Part shown: positions 14,078-27,727 of the stretch, piece after piece | Numbering within the stretch: position 1 is the first letter of the stretch | How the letters are laid out: every line of letters starts with the position of its first letter | Source of the DNA: the human T2T-CHM13v2.0 reference genome, Homo sapiens | Strand: one strand, 5' to 3' | Length of the DNA stretch: 64,000 nt | Assembly: GCF_009914755.1 (NCBI RefSeq) | Contig: NC_060930.1 | Made by a program: the position numbers and the translations under genes | The notes under the pieces: generated by a model | What the model saw: only the letters and a program-made list of their open reading frames with translations | What the model was told of the DNA's origin: nothing | Database searches by the model: none

Positions 14078-14575
14078 TGACAAGGATTCTCTCCTTGTCC
14101 AAACTCTACTCAGGCTTCCCAAAACTTTTCAATTAGGCCTTGATTTTCGGACTTTCATGTTCTTCTCTGCATTGACCTGTTTAGCAAGAATTCTGCTAAG
14201 TTGGTTTTTGAATGTGTCGTCCTTTATATCTCATCACCTTTGATATCTAATCTGGCTTCTCATCCTCCATCACACCACCCCCCAACCCAGGGATGTCTGA
14301 TCACCTGGCCTGACTTCAGCAGGAATCCTGGTAGGCCAGTTTAGCTAGAATTTCCTCATATCTCAGATGTTCCATCAATGACCCCTACCCTTCTCCTTGG
14401 GTAGAAATTCCCACTTGCCCATGGTATATTCAAAGTTGAGCCTGATCTCTCTACCCTACTGCAAGACATCACTGCAGTAGTCCTTGTACCTACAAGGATA
14501 GTAGCCCCTTGAATAAAGTCGTTCTTACTGTCTTTTGTAAGCATCACAAATACACAAATATATTTTTCCTTAACA
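14078..14575 (+). mobile_element. Solo ERV1 LTR, MER31-like
   Basis: TGACAAGGATTCTCTCCTTGTCCAAACTCTA start; AATAAAGTC signal; ...TTAACA end; CCAG/CTAG flanks. Confidence 0.75.
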
Positions 14576-14638
14576 CTAGCCCAACTCCCCACCCACTTGA
14601 AGGCTTTCTTTTTTATTTTATTTTCAGTTATCTGGGAT

Positions 14639-14640
<2 letters not shown>

Positions 14641-14700
<60 letters not shown>
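14641..14700. repeat. (AT)30 perfect microsatellite
   Basis: Direct reading. Confidence 0.99.
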
Positions 14701-14702
<2 letters not shown>

Positions 14703-15666
14703 TAGCTGATGGTCCAACAATTATAAAATTACATACAAATTTAAATGGAACATGCAAGGGGACTTCTGTTTATAACACAAGGGGGTGTCCCAGTTGGAGA
14801 GAAGCTACCATCTCAACATGTAAATTAATATTGGCTTAAGGGTGGCTTAAGAAGTGGAAAAGTCTTGACTGAATGTACTGTCAAGGGTGCATTCTATTTG
14901 GTTCTTTTTCTTCACAAGCCGTTGATAATTCTAGGCTTGTCATAATATACCATCAGGTGGAATTACTGTTTGCTTTTTGTTTTTGTTTTTCAAAGGAGGA
15001 GGTTCAAAAGAACACCTGCTCTTCCCAACAAATATCCTAAATATCCAGTGACGGCCTGAAGATTATAAAAGATGTTGGCCTATTTAGAAAGCTCTTGAAA
15101 GTCCCAGTATTAAAATTATGCCCCTGTGGAACTTCAAAGGCTTGGCTGATGAAGACAAATTTGAAATGTCAGTTCAAGATCAAGTTAGATCATTTAATTA
15201 TGCTGACCCATTATTTTCAGTCAAGATGGAGAGTCATTCTTTTATTTTCTTTTTCAGACTGCTGTCTTATCAAGGGTAATGGATGATGTATTTTACACAT
15301 CATCTTTTAAACTAAGCATAGGGATTTTTCTTTCTGATTTAATTTTTCTTATCTTTGAAACACATATAATCTCAGATTACAAGATTAGGAAAATAAATTA
15401 CACACATGCTGATGTTTTACTTTTCTACTTTTCTTTAAACGCTATGTTTAATTTCCCATTTTTGTTTACATAGATGGCAATTAATTATAGCATTTTGAAA
15501 TACACATGAGGGAAACTATAATTTTAAAAAATTGTACTGTGGCTTGCATTCTCCTAATTCCTCTTCAATTCAACTGGCTCCAACAAACTTGTCTCTACTC
15601 TCTGCTCTAAATTATATATAATGGCCAGCTATATCATTTAGGAGCTGTTTAGCTTCCAGTCTAGAG

Positions 15667-15862
15667 CCAAAGTTGGCAGGCATTTTCTGTGAAGGGCCAG
15701 ATAGTAACTATTTTGGGCTTTGTGGAGCATATTGTCTCTATGGCAACTACTCAACTTTGCCTTTATAGGGTGAAGGCATACATAAACAACATGTAAATGA
15801 ATTGGTGATTCCATGTTCCAATCAAGCTTTATGTACAAAAACAGGCAGTTGGCCAGAGTTTA
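15667..15862 (-). mobile_element. MER58A hAT MITE
   Basis: TTTTCTGTGAAGGGCCAGATAGTAACTATTTTGGGCTTTGTGG...ACAAAAACAGGCAG. Confidence 0.8.
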
Positions 15863-16078
15863 CTTCTTAGACATACTTTTCTGCAAAGTGCCTATTGTGT
15901 TTCAGTTTTAAAATGTTAGAATGATGATAGCTCTGTGTGCTTTACTGTTGCACTCTACCACCTTTCTGGTATCATATGCCTGGGCAACTTGACTCTGGAT
16001 GCTGAGCTTTCAAGCTCCATACGATAGCTCTGCTCAAACAAAAAATACACACCCCTTTCCCCACCAGCATTAAGCATA

Positions 16079-17273
16079 CAGTCATGCATTGCTTAATGAC
16101 AGGGTATGTCCTGAGAAATAGGCAATTTTGTTATTGTATGAGCATCATAGAGTGTACTTACACAAACCTAGATGGTATAGCCTACTACATATCTAAGCTA
16201 TATGGTATAGCTTATTGCTCTAAGCTACAAACCTGTGTGGCATGTTACTCTACTGAATACTGTAGGCAATTGTAACACAATAATACACATTTTTGTATGT
16301 AAACATATCTACACATAGAAAAGGTACACTAAAAATACAGCATAAAAAATAAAAAGTGGTGTACCTGTAGAGAACACTTACAGGAATGGAGCTTTTAGGG
16401 CTGGTAGTTGCCCTGTACGAGTCAGGGAGTGAGTGGCAAGTGAATGTGAAGGCCTAGAACATTCACTTTATAAAGTAGACTTTATAAATACTGTACATGT
16501 AGGCTACACTAAATGTATTTTAAAATATTTTTCCTTCAATAACAAATTAACCTTCACTTACTGTAACTTTTTAATGTTATAAACTTTAAAATTTTCAAAT
16601 AGTTTTTAACTTTTCTGTAATAACTCTTAGCTTAGAACACACATTATACAATTGTACAAAAGTATTTTCTTTCTTTATACCCTTATTTTATAAGCTTTTT
16701 ATGTTTTTTAAATTGTTATTTTTTTTACTATTGAAATTTTTAGCTAAAAACTAAGACACAAACACACATTAGCCTAGGTCTCACAGTGTCAGAATCATCA
16801 ATATCACTGTCTTCCACCTCCACATCTTGTCCCACTGGAAGGTCTTCAAGGGCAGTAAGAGACATGGCACTGTCATCTCCTATAATGACAATGCCTTCTG
16901 GAATACCTCCTGAAGGACCTGCCTGAGGCTGTTTTACCGTTAACTTTTTTAAAAAAATAGGTAATAAGAGTGCACTCTAAAGCAACAATAAAGTATACTA
17001 TAGTAAACTGGTAACATAGTCATTTATTAGCATTATAAAGTATTATGTACTGTACATAATTGTATGTGCTAGACTTTTATATGACTGACAGTATAATATG
17101 TTTGTTTATACTAGCATCACCACAAACGTGAGTAATACCTTGCATCACAACGTTAGGATGGCTACCACATCACTAGGTAACAGAAATTTTTCTGTTCCAT
17201 TATAATCTTATGGGACCACCGTCATACATGTGGTCCATCAATGACTAAAATGTCATTATGGAGCACATGACTG
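16079..17273 (-). mobile_element. Tigger3b-like non-autonomous TcMar element, complete (1195 bp)
   Basis: TIRs CAGTCATGC... / ...GCACATGACTG, TA target duplication at 16077-78 and 17274-75; internal ACAAACCTAGATGGTATAGCCTACTAC. Confidence 0.9.
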
Positions 17274-17959
17274 TACTAGTTTGCAACATTTGCAATTGCA
17301 ATTTCACGTATATGTTTAAGGCTTAGAGAAGACATGCTTCTAATGATAGCAATGAATCAGAAAAGTGATTAAGTCGCTGAAATGAAACCCAGCTCTTAGA
17401 CGTAGTTTTAAATCATTCATGCTTTAGAGATTAAAATTGGAAAACAAAACTATGAATCTTTTATTTCCTAACGACAAGAGCAGCTAATCACTTTTCCAAT
17501 GGCCTTTCCCTTCACTTCTTCCAGTCTGCCATCTTTCCAAACCAAAAAGAAGGACCAACACTTAGAACCCTTAGAGGGTAGGGTGTTCCACAGCCTCATA
17601 GCAAGCAATCAGGAGGGCTTGGAGGACACTGCTTTGGCTCTGCTTGGCCCTTCCACAGGAAAACAGTCTAACGGCACAGGGGGCAGGTCTCAGGTCTGTG
17701 GTTAACAGCTCTTAACTGACCATCCGGGGCTTGGTTTCTACCTGGCTACTCAGAAGTTTAGAGAACTCCTCTCTGGTGAGTTCTAGTCTGAATTCCCTGC
17801 CCAGTTAGGTCTTCATTCTTCCACATTCAAATCACTCTCCTTCTGGACTTGGTCCTGAATACACATCTAAGTCATCTGTACCCTTGACTAAGCCCCTGCC
17901 AGGCCTCCTTAACAGCCACGTGCATCATTCAGACTCCTTCCCTTGTTCATTTCTTCAGT

Positions 17960-18432
17960 TTTGCCTGATCCCTTGTTCTGGTTATTCTCCGCTTGCATCC
18001 TATATTCATTCTCTACCCTTCTGTGTCTTGCTCTGTGTCCCAGGAAGCTGCCCCTATGGAATGCACCTCCCTCCCTGACCCCAGCTCCCATGTATTCTGA
18101 CTTCCAGTTAAATTCAGCAAATGGGAGTCACCAGCAGATCAGTAGACAGGGAAAGAAAGAGTTGGAGGTAGTTTTGCATTTCCGTGTGACTTCTGCTTCC
18201 TCCCGGTAGATATCCAAGCTCTTACTAGGCCTAGTGACACTATTTATTCTCCTTCCTCCTTTGGCCCTACAGGCAGTTATACCTTTCCACTGTTGCCAGT
18301 CTCTGAATGCACTGACACTCTACTCTGGTTTGCTGTCTTAACCCTGCCTGCATTTCAGTTTGTGATCTCTTCATTAAAGCCTCTTTGCTTAGACCTGAAG
18401 GGTTTCGTTCCCTGCTGGAATCCTGACTAATA
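17960..18432 (+). mobile_element. Old ERVL LTR, LTR33-like
   Basis: CTCTGTGTCCCAGGAAGCTG...AATGGGAGTCACCAGCAGATCAG...TTCATTAAA...CCTGACTAATA end. Confidence 0.6.
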
Positions 18433-19206
18433 GATGTCCTGACCTTTCACCTTTGTGGTTTCCTCAGACCCACTGCATAGTGTATACTCCTCATTGGATG
18501 TCCTTCCCCAGGGCACCACTAGAAGTCACCTTCAGCATCACATTCCTGTCCTGTGCAGGCTTCCTTCTTCCTCAATTTACACTATTTAGTGAGCTAGCTT
18601 CTGGGGATTTAACTCAGAGCTTTTAACCTGAGATATGTGGATCTATAAATTATGTGGGTAGATTTGGGGAGTAGAAGGGGACAGTGCATACACTGACATT
18701 GTATAGTATGTATGTACATTTTTCGAGGGAGAGGACCCATAGCTTTCATCACCTTCTCAAAGGACCTATGACTTAAAGGCTAGGGATTAATTATAACTAA
18801 AGATATAAAGGAACATATGCAAGTTGAGACCAGCCTTTCCCCCCAGATTTACCAATCAGATGTCACTTTACCTCCTCAACGGTGAGTAGAGGGGTAGAGA
18901 GAGGCAGAATTCCCACTAAAAAATGGTATATTTTTTTAATCTTTCTTGTCCTAAATTACATAAGATTTTAAGTCACATCCCTTAATATCTTTCATGTGAC
19001 ACTTGGGAAGCATGAGCACAGGGCTGCTGGCCATGCCTATGCCTCTGGGTCAGGCTTCCGCCATCATATCTCATGGTATCTCTAGGCCAGCTCTATTCAT
19101 AGCCATTTACCACCCAACATCATGAGCAACTTGTAGAGGAATAAGAAAGTGGAGTGAAAAACTCCATTACATTTATAAACAGAATTGATTCATGCTAAGT
19201 GAGGGT

Positions 19207-19491
19207 GTCAGGATAGTCTTGGCTTCAAATAACAGAATACTCTACTAAAACTGGTTTGAACATGTAGACTGTTTTGTTTACAGGACTTGAAGGCTAGATG
19301 CCCATAGTCAGCCAATCACTGACAAGAGAGAGGATTACTGTTCCACTAATCAGGCCTAGATGGAGATCAAGATGGAGTCAGCTTTCATGTGTCAATGAAT
19401 TGAATATGGGAAAGTGGATACACCTACAAAAATGGGGCTTTCTTAGGAAGAAAGGAGATCGAAGGGTGGGCAACCAACAATGCCCAGTACA
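19207..19491 (-). mobile_element. Old MaLR LTR (MLT1K/L-like)
   Basis: GTCAGGATAGTCTTGGCTTCAAATAACAGA...GCCAATCACTG...GGGCAACCAACAATGCCCAGTACA. Confidence 0.5.
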
Positions 19492-20904
19492 GTTGCCATG
19501 TTTAAAGTTGTTCCTCTTTTTATAACCACAGTTCTTGTACAAATAACATTTTAGTCTGACATGGAGATCTCTTGTTGATCATTTGAATTTCATAAATGGG
19601 GAACAGAGCACAGATGTTCAATAAACATGTTTTTAAATATGTGTTGAACAGAAACCAAATGGGCTGAACCATCATATGCATGGCCCAGAACCAGGGTTGG
19701 ACAGAGACCCCTTTGGACTCTAATTCAAAATTAATTTAAAGGAACTACATGGAATATAACTAAAGGAAGAATTATCTTCCAGATGGCATGCTCATGGTGT
19801 TTCTTATTAACCATGGAAAAGACAAAAGGCTGATGACTAGTACATGACAGCAACAATCGTATTTCCCAGCACTGTCACAACAGCAGAAGCACCTATTTTT
19901 TATTGAGCACTTCATTTGTACTAGGTTCTGTGTTACACATTGAAATGCATTCTATTATTTAATTTAAGCATTGCAATAATTCTATGAGCTAGGTATTATT
20001 TCTCCAATTTATAGACAAGAAAATTAAAGCTTAGAGGTGGAAGCATGTTGCCCAAGATTACCTGTAAACACAAGCATGTCGCTTGGCAGCTTGTGCTCTT
20101 AACCATGGGCTGTCACAGTCCCCAAACTAAGAGTTGTGGACATAAACCAAGACCAGCTCAGGGACTCCTCTTCTTCTCCAATTGGTCCTCTACTGCAAAG
20201 TCAGAAATTCTAAAGAATTCCTTTTCCTAGGCAATATCTCTAGGTGACACACATTATATAAATTGCTAAGTGCTCAGAATTATTTGAGATATGATAGTCC
20301 AGAAAGTGCCCTTGTCAATTATTTTTGGATATTCACATCTGAAAAATGATGCAAAGGATTTGGTGTAGTCACACCTATAAGAGAAGTCCTGGAGCAAAAC
20401 CTGCCCCAGAATTTCCCTGGTCATTTTCCAGCCAAGAAAACAACTTCCCATTTAACTATCAGAAGTCTGGGTTGTAAAATAAGGAAAATAGTATTCTCCC
20501 CAAGAACATGTTACAGGAAAATAAAAACTAAATGGTATTTCAGATCTGGAAGGAGAATTAGAGATCATGAAGTCAAAGGAAAATGAGTCTCAGACAAAGG
20601 AAATTCCTTGTCTCAAATGACATTCGTAGTGAATATAGGAGCTGGGACCAGCATCTTACTGTTAGACCAGTATTTCCTCTGTATGTTTTCAGAGTTACCA
20701 ACACATCCTAGCAGTAAGCTACAGTGAGGGAGCCAGACAATTTAGTGTTTTTTCATGAAGGTTGCTTTCTTTGGGTTTCTAAGAAATTACTGTTAATTAA
20801 TTTTTGTTGTTTTATTATAAGTTCAGTTGCTGGCAGGTAAACTAAAGCTACGGGGTCAAGAAACATAAATGTGAGAATCTCCTTCTTTTATTAGGTTAGT
20901 ATTT

Positions 20905-21202
20905 TGGTTTTATTTATTTTTATTTTTTGAGACAGAGCCTCGCTCTGTTGCCCAGGCTGGTGTGCAGTGGCGCAATCTTGGCTCACTGCAACCTCCACCG
21001 CCCAGGTTCCAGTGATTCTCATGGCTCAGCCTCCTGAGTAGCGGGGATTACAGTCATGCACTACCACGCCCAGCTAATTTTTTGTATTTTTAGGGTTTCA
21101 CTATGTTGGCCAGGCTGGTCTCAAACTCCTGGGCACAAGTGATCCGCCCACCTAGGCCTCCTAAAGTGTTGGGATTACAGGTGTGAGCCACCATGCCCAG
21201 AC
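20905..21202 (-). mobile_element. Alu (older S/J) with small internal deletion
   Basis: Antisense Alu; TTTTTGTATTTTT is followed directly by AGGGTTTCAC. Confidence 0.9.
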
Positions 21203-22342
21203 TATTTTTCATAAAGTAAAAATTAACAAGTCCTTAAGCAGGGGAAAATGTATCACTACTTTGTTCCCACATTTTTTCCTTATCTTTAAATAAGTAATCA
21301 ATGAAGATGGTGATGTGTTACTTATCTGGTAAGACACAAACAAGGGAGATAGGTACCTAGGGACAGTAGCAAACATAACAGAGTCTTCAGGAAGAACTTT
21401 TTGACTGAGACTTTTGACGTATGAGAAGATGAATCAGTCTCTATCTCTGTCTCTCTCTTTCTCCACCACCCCTACTCCTATCTCCCACTCCCTTCCCCTT
21501 AGAACCAACCCCAGGGCAGTCTTGGATGTTTTAGGGGAAGTCTTGACAGGAATAATCTATCCCCTAATGTTCTAGCCAACAGATGTCATCACAACATCCC
21601 TAAGATTCTACTTCTACCATGTCAACCCAGCACTTTGAGGCTGCCTGAATTATAGAATTTAATGTAAATTGTAATTACTTAATTGCTTGTTTCCCCTTGA
21701 AGGCTTTACAGTCCCACTCCGTGAGGGTAGGGACAATGTCTTACTTATCTTGATTTCTCCATGGTATAGCACAGTGCTTAGTCCACAGAACACATCTACT
21801 AAATTATTGGTTATGTGAATACTCCAAAATCTTCTGCAGTTCACCCAGTACCTATTATATCAAAACTCCTTTTATTTTTCACATGCAATACCTCCTACCA
21901 GAATACTTTCTCCTGGCTTTTCATGCTAAACAAATCCTTCAATCTTCCTAGAATCCATCTCAGGCCTCCCTAATTGCTCCTTTCTCTGAATTTCTATGAT
22001 GCACAATCATCTTTTATTTTACACTATTATTTTAACATTTCATACATGTTGCTCCAGCTCTCAAACAGAAAATCATTTTTTATATTTCCTTAGAATTCTC
22101 TTCCACAGAACGTAGTATAATTATATTGCCATTGTGATGCTTGATGCTTGATATTTTTTGCACAAATGAATGGTTAAAATATGAGGCTGATGGCAACGCT
22201 TAACCATTTGTAGCCCTATGGATCTAAAATTTGATAAAAAGTGATTTCTAGATTCCACGGGTGTAATACTGTAAAGAGGCCTAAATTTGACAATGAAAAT
22301 AAACAAAACCAATCTGAAAATTTCAGCCTATTTTAAACATAA

Positions 22343-22885
<543 letters not shown>

Positions 22886-23277
22886 CAACTCGCAGTGTGA
22901 AGTTCAATTCATGAGGTTCCATAAAGATTCCCAAATGGTTACTTGCAAAATAAAGCTAGTTGAGAAATATTCTCCCCACATTTATCACTTATGCTTGGCC
23001 TCCTCTTCAAATCCTACCCTCTTGCAGCATTTAGACTTCTCCTCCCAGACACAGATATGATCATGGTATTCCCCATGATCACATCTTTCCCCTGTTCAGA
23101 ATTCTTCAATGGCAACTCTTACTTTAAACTAAAGTCCAAAAGATCAACAAGCTTTTAAAAACCTTCTTGAATGTGGCCCTAGTTTATCTTTCTGAAATTT
23201 TTCTCTGCCCCACATACTAACTGCATCAGCCAATTTGTCATTCCAGGAAAACAATCCTCCATATTTATGCTTCTATG

Positions 23278-23587
23278 TCAGGGATCAGCAAACTTTTGCC
23301 ATAAAGAGCCAGGGAGTAAATATTTTAGGCTTTGTAGGCCATACCGTCTCTGTCGAACGATTCAACTTTGTCATGGTAGTGCAGAAGCAACCATGGACAA
23401 TATATAAAAGAATGAGTGTGGCTCTGTTCCAATAAAACTTTATTTATAGAAACAGAAATCTGAATTTCATAGAATTTTCATATGTTATTAAATGTACTTC
23501 TTCTGATTTTTCCCAATCACTTAAAAATATAAAAACCAATCTTAGCTCCTAGACCATACACAATGGGCCACAGTTTGCCAATCTCTG
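23278..23587 (-). mobile_element. MER58B inserted into an L2 (L2 ~23020-23260 and ~23590-23920)
   Basis: CAGGGATCAGCAAACTTTT...AATAAAACTTTATTTA...GGGCCACAGTTTGCCAATCTCTG. Confidence 0.8.
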
Positions 23588-24052
23588 TTCTATGACACTA
23601 TACATGCTTCCTCTGATGTCTTTCTTTTCAACGCATCTCTGAGTTCCTTTCCATTCTTCAATGTCCAACTCAAACACCATTTTCCCTGGAATAGGTATCA
23701 ATTCCTCTCAGAGGTGATTCCCTGCTCCTTCCTTTCTTGTTGGTTATATTCCAGACAAGGTACACAACGCAGTCAGCTCTGATTGTTATTATTTATGAGC
23801 TCTCCAGATCATGATTTGCTGTGATCCTGTGTCTAACTCAGCTCCACAAGAACATCACAGCCCTCCCCAACTTCTGCTATGTAATGCCTGGCACACAATC
23901 CTCAGTAAGTATTTATTTAATAATGAAAATCTATCCCTTGCCTCTTTGCAAAACCTAGAGTGTTGATAACAAAATCAAATTGAAGAACTAAAACCATAAA
24001 AGTTGGGGCGAGCTGACCACAACAACTGATGCCATCATTAAGAGTGGGCTCT

Positions 24053-24370
<318 letters not shown>

Positions 24371-24429
24371 ACGGTAGGCTCTGGGCCTCCACTCAGAGCA
24401 AAAAGGGAAAGAGGACAATGACCAGGTCT

Positions 24430-25420
24430 TATTTATCAGAAAGGAGGAAGTGGGCTACATCTGTAACAGAGGCAAAGTTTTGTTTCAGTTTTCACTTCCC
24501 CCCGCCCCGCACCCCCTCCCCCACAGCTGTATTAAGTTTTAAAAGCAGTTGCTCATGTGGAAGTGTAGATAGGGCATTTGGTGACAGATTAAACACTGCC
24601 CTCCATGGCTGTTTATACTGGCCAAAAAAGAGATGTAATTTTATAAGGCTTTATCTCAGAATAAGTTGGAAAATGTCAAAAGCAATTTCATGAGGAAAAA
24701 AAGGCACTTAAATGTTGCCTTCTGGAGCCCTAACTTGAAACAAAAACAGAACTTAGGATATACCCATGGTTATGCCGGGGTGGTGGAATGGACATTCTCT
24801 TCTGAAAGTGGGTGGGGGCAAAACACAGTCTCCCCCAGCTGGATGCTCAAGGTAACCTACTTCTAAAGTCGCTGGTATGCCCAAGGGGAAGCCTGGATGG
24901 GCTTCAAGCCCTGGTTCAAGAAAGTAATTCAGACCTTAGAGACCTCCTCCAAAGAGCCTAGCAGAAACTACTTTAACTTGGAAAACGGGTGTGGGCAGTG
25001 CCCCATCCTGGCAGCAGGGAAATTTCCATGGCACTTTCTTACGTGACTAAACGGAGTCACGTAATTCCCAGTGGAACTACCAGGGTCAGTCAGCTGTGAA
25101 ACGTAGCCCCAAGTAAAAAACTAAAGAGACTTGGTGTACAGCGTTATTTATCATTAACCAATTGAAGAAGACCCTCGAAGCCAAGGGTGCAGCTGTCTTT
25201 TTCTGGCAGACACTGGCTAACAGAAGAGATTGCCTGTTGAGGTCACTCCCAATTTGCCCTATCAATACTATTTAGGTGGCATAAATGAGAACCTTACTTC
25301 CTGCTTGTTATGAAGCATTTGCATCTACTTTATTTAAAATTGTATCAGTCCTCTCTGGTACAAGTTATAAAGATGGAGGCTAAATTTTGACAAGTTCAGG
25401 AAGTCAGGGAGGAAAGAAAG
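24430..25420. promoter_or_regulatory. Candidate enhancer with PU.1/ETS, IRF, GC-box, NF-kB and paired ACGT sites
   Basis: Unique sequence with retained CpGs; GAGGAAGTG 24444-24452; GTTTCAGTTTTCACTTCC 24482-24499; CCCCGCCCC 24500-24508; GGGAAATTTCC 25017-25027; TTACGTGACT/AGTCACGTAA 25039-25064. Confidence 0.45.
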
Positions 25421-26256
25421 GGAGGGGTACTAATTCAGAGCATGAAATTTGGAGTCAGAAAGACCTGAGTTCAAACCCACATGAAACACTTGTTAATTAT
25501 ATCACCTTGGGTTATGATATCCGCTCCATACCACAATTTTCTACATAATAGATACAATGCCAGTGACCTAATAAACTTGTTGTAGGATCTTGTAGGATTA
25601 AAAGGTCACTACAAATATAATGCATGAGCACCCCAAAAATGTCAGCTACTTCCATAATTACCTGTATCCACAAGCCCTGTCATAACAGCTGTACATAGTA
25701 GGCACTAACTAAATATTCGCTGATTGATTAGCTAATTTCTTGCAATTAAGCTGATGGCCATTCATTTGCTAATCGTGGTGCCAGTTCAGGGAGGCTGAGA
25801 CTTGCCTCACAGATGCCATGGGTCTCATGATTTGTTGGTAAATAGTCAAGGCTTGTCATTTATAAATGGCTTCTTATGAGTGGATAAATACGAGAAAGAA
25901 AATAGAATGTGATGAAAGACAGCTTAGAAAACATTACTCAGTTTGAGTAATTTGAGTAAAATGTTACTCAACTTGAGCTAGAGACTGCTTAGCAAAGCTT
26001 ATGAATACCTGGTCCAATGTCTAAATCACTCAAAAGATGGTAGGTGCTATTAGTCTCATCATTCTACTGTGTGAGCTTGAGATCTGGTCTTCTGGTATAG
26101 TGATCCTGTCCAGAGAGAAATTCAGGATTTACCAGAGTATTAATAGGCTGGATTTATGTAAATCCCACACATCTTGGGAAGTTTGAAGGTGATGATGGTC
26201 CAACAAATCCTGTATTCTTGGAATATTTATTTACAATATGTGAGACATTAAAAAGA

Positions 26257-26372
26257 GCTGCCATATTCAGTTGTGCAGGTTGTACACTGCACAAGCCTCA
26301 GGGGGGTTAGTCACATGGAGCAGGCTGCTCCTAGGGTTATGGAGTATGCAAACTGATGCTGCTGTAGCAGCC
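26257..26372. mobile_element. MER91-like hAT MITE
   Basis: GAGCTGCCATATTCAGTTGTGCAGGTTGTACACTGCACAA...GCAGCCC. Confidence 0.6.
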
Positions 26373-27727
26373 CGTTAAACAGATACTCTAGAGTATCTGT
26401 GACCTTCTTGCTTCTCATTAAAGACACTAAACCCAGAACAGAAGTTTCTTTAGAACAATGTTGGCATAAAGTTTGAGGAGATATTTGGCAAACTAATTGG
26501 CTTGTGATACTGATGGACTAGAGAGTTACTCTTTTTGGAAAACTGAATAGATTATACTTTTGGTCAATCTAGAGGGTTCTGAACCTAACATGCACATTGA
26601 ATCAAATCACTTGAATAGGAACAGTGGCCTATTGTGCAAAATAGGACTCCCAGAGTACTGTAGCCAAATGAGGACACAAGAAGCTTTTTAAGTTTGATAT
26701 GACTCATCAATCAAATTAGTTCTGGCTCTAGTTGAGGAGTGTCTATGGATCTATAAAATAGGAGGCAGGTGAGTAAGAATTATAAAACTGTGAGAATTAG
26801 GTCTCCTAGAGGGTGAAGGTAGTTTGCCAATTATGTGGGTACATCAAACCTGCTGGGCCCTGCAATGTAAGAAACAAAGAGCCTCTTTGCTGCTGGGGAG
26901 GAAAGGCTACTTCCAGGCAAGTCACTCTGTGGACATGAGATGCCAGTCTCTGAAAATGATTAACTGCTCTGGGTCTCTCCTGCATCACCCAGGAGAGAGA
27001 GGGTTTTGAAAGCACGGCTAAGGAACACAGCCACATCAGCTCAGTGGCAATGAACGTCAACAGTCCTAGGAATAGAACACAAAATTATATGCTCCAGATA
27101 AATGAATTGGGAAGGTTTTTAAAATATATTTTCTCTGTAACTCATTTTAGCCCGGGCAATTTCATGTAATCCAGTTACAATATGTTAGTGTTTCCTGATG
27201 AATATGCTTTTGATGGTTTTGCAATAGCTCTAAAAACCATTCTCATTTAAATGAAATGATGTTTGGGGGATTTGAACAATCATCTCATGATTTAAGCCTG
27301 ATTCATTATTAAATAAAAATACTAAGCTCTCTTCTCTGTTCCTCGTTACCCGACTCTGCAGCCTTAATGACATCTCCTTCCTAGGTAGAGAATCCAACCT
27401 TTAGAGAAAGTGTGGTTAAGGGTGTGAATGTCGTTATTGATGGCATGCCTACTAAGTGTAAGCATCAGGAAATACTCCTTTCAGATCACTGTGTCGTTGG
27501 GATTTGCCCAGCTCACTGGGAAGGATGGCTCAATGCTTTCTCTTGCAGTTCAGCATGAAGCATCATTTCTGCAGCTAAAGGACAGAAGCTTTAGAAAAAC
27601 CTTCCAAAAAGATGTCTCAAGAGGCATATATCAAGTTCAAATGTGTATACTCTGGTGGCTATCTAAAAATGGTGAGGTTTTTTGCAGCATCAAAAGCAAA
27701 AAACTTTTCCTGTTGGCTAGGTTAGCA

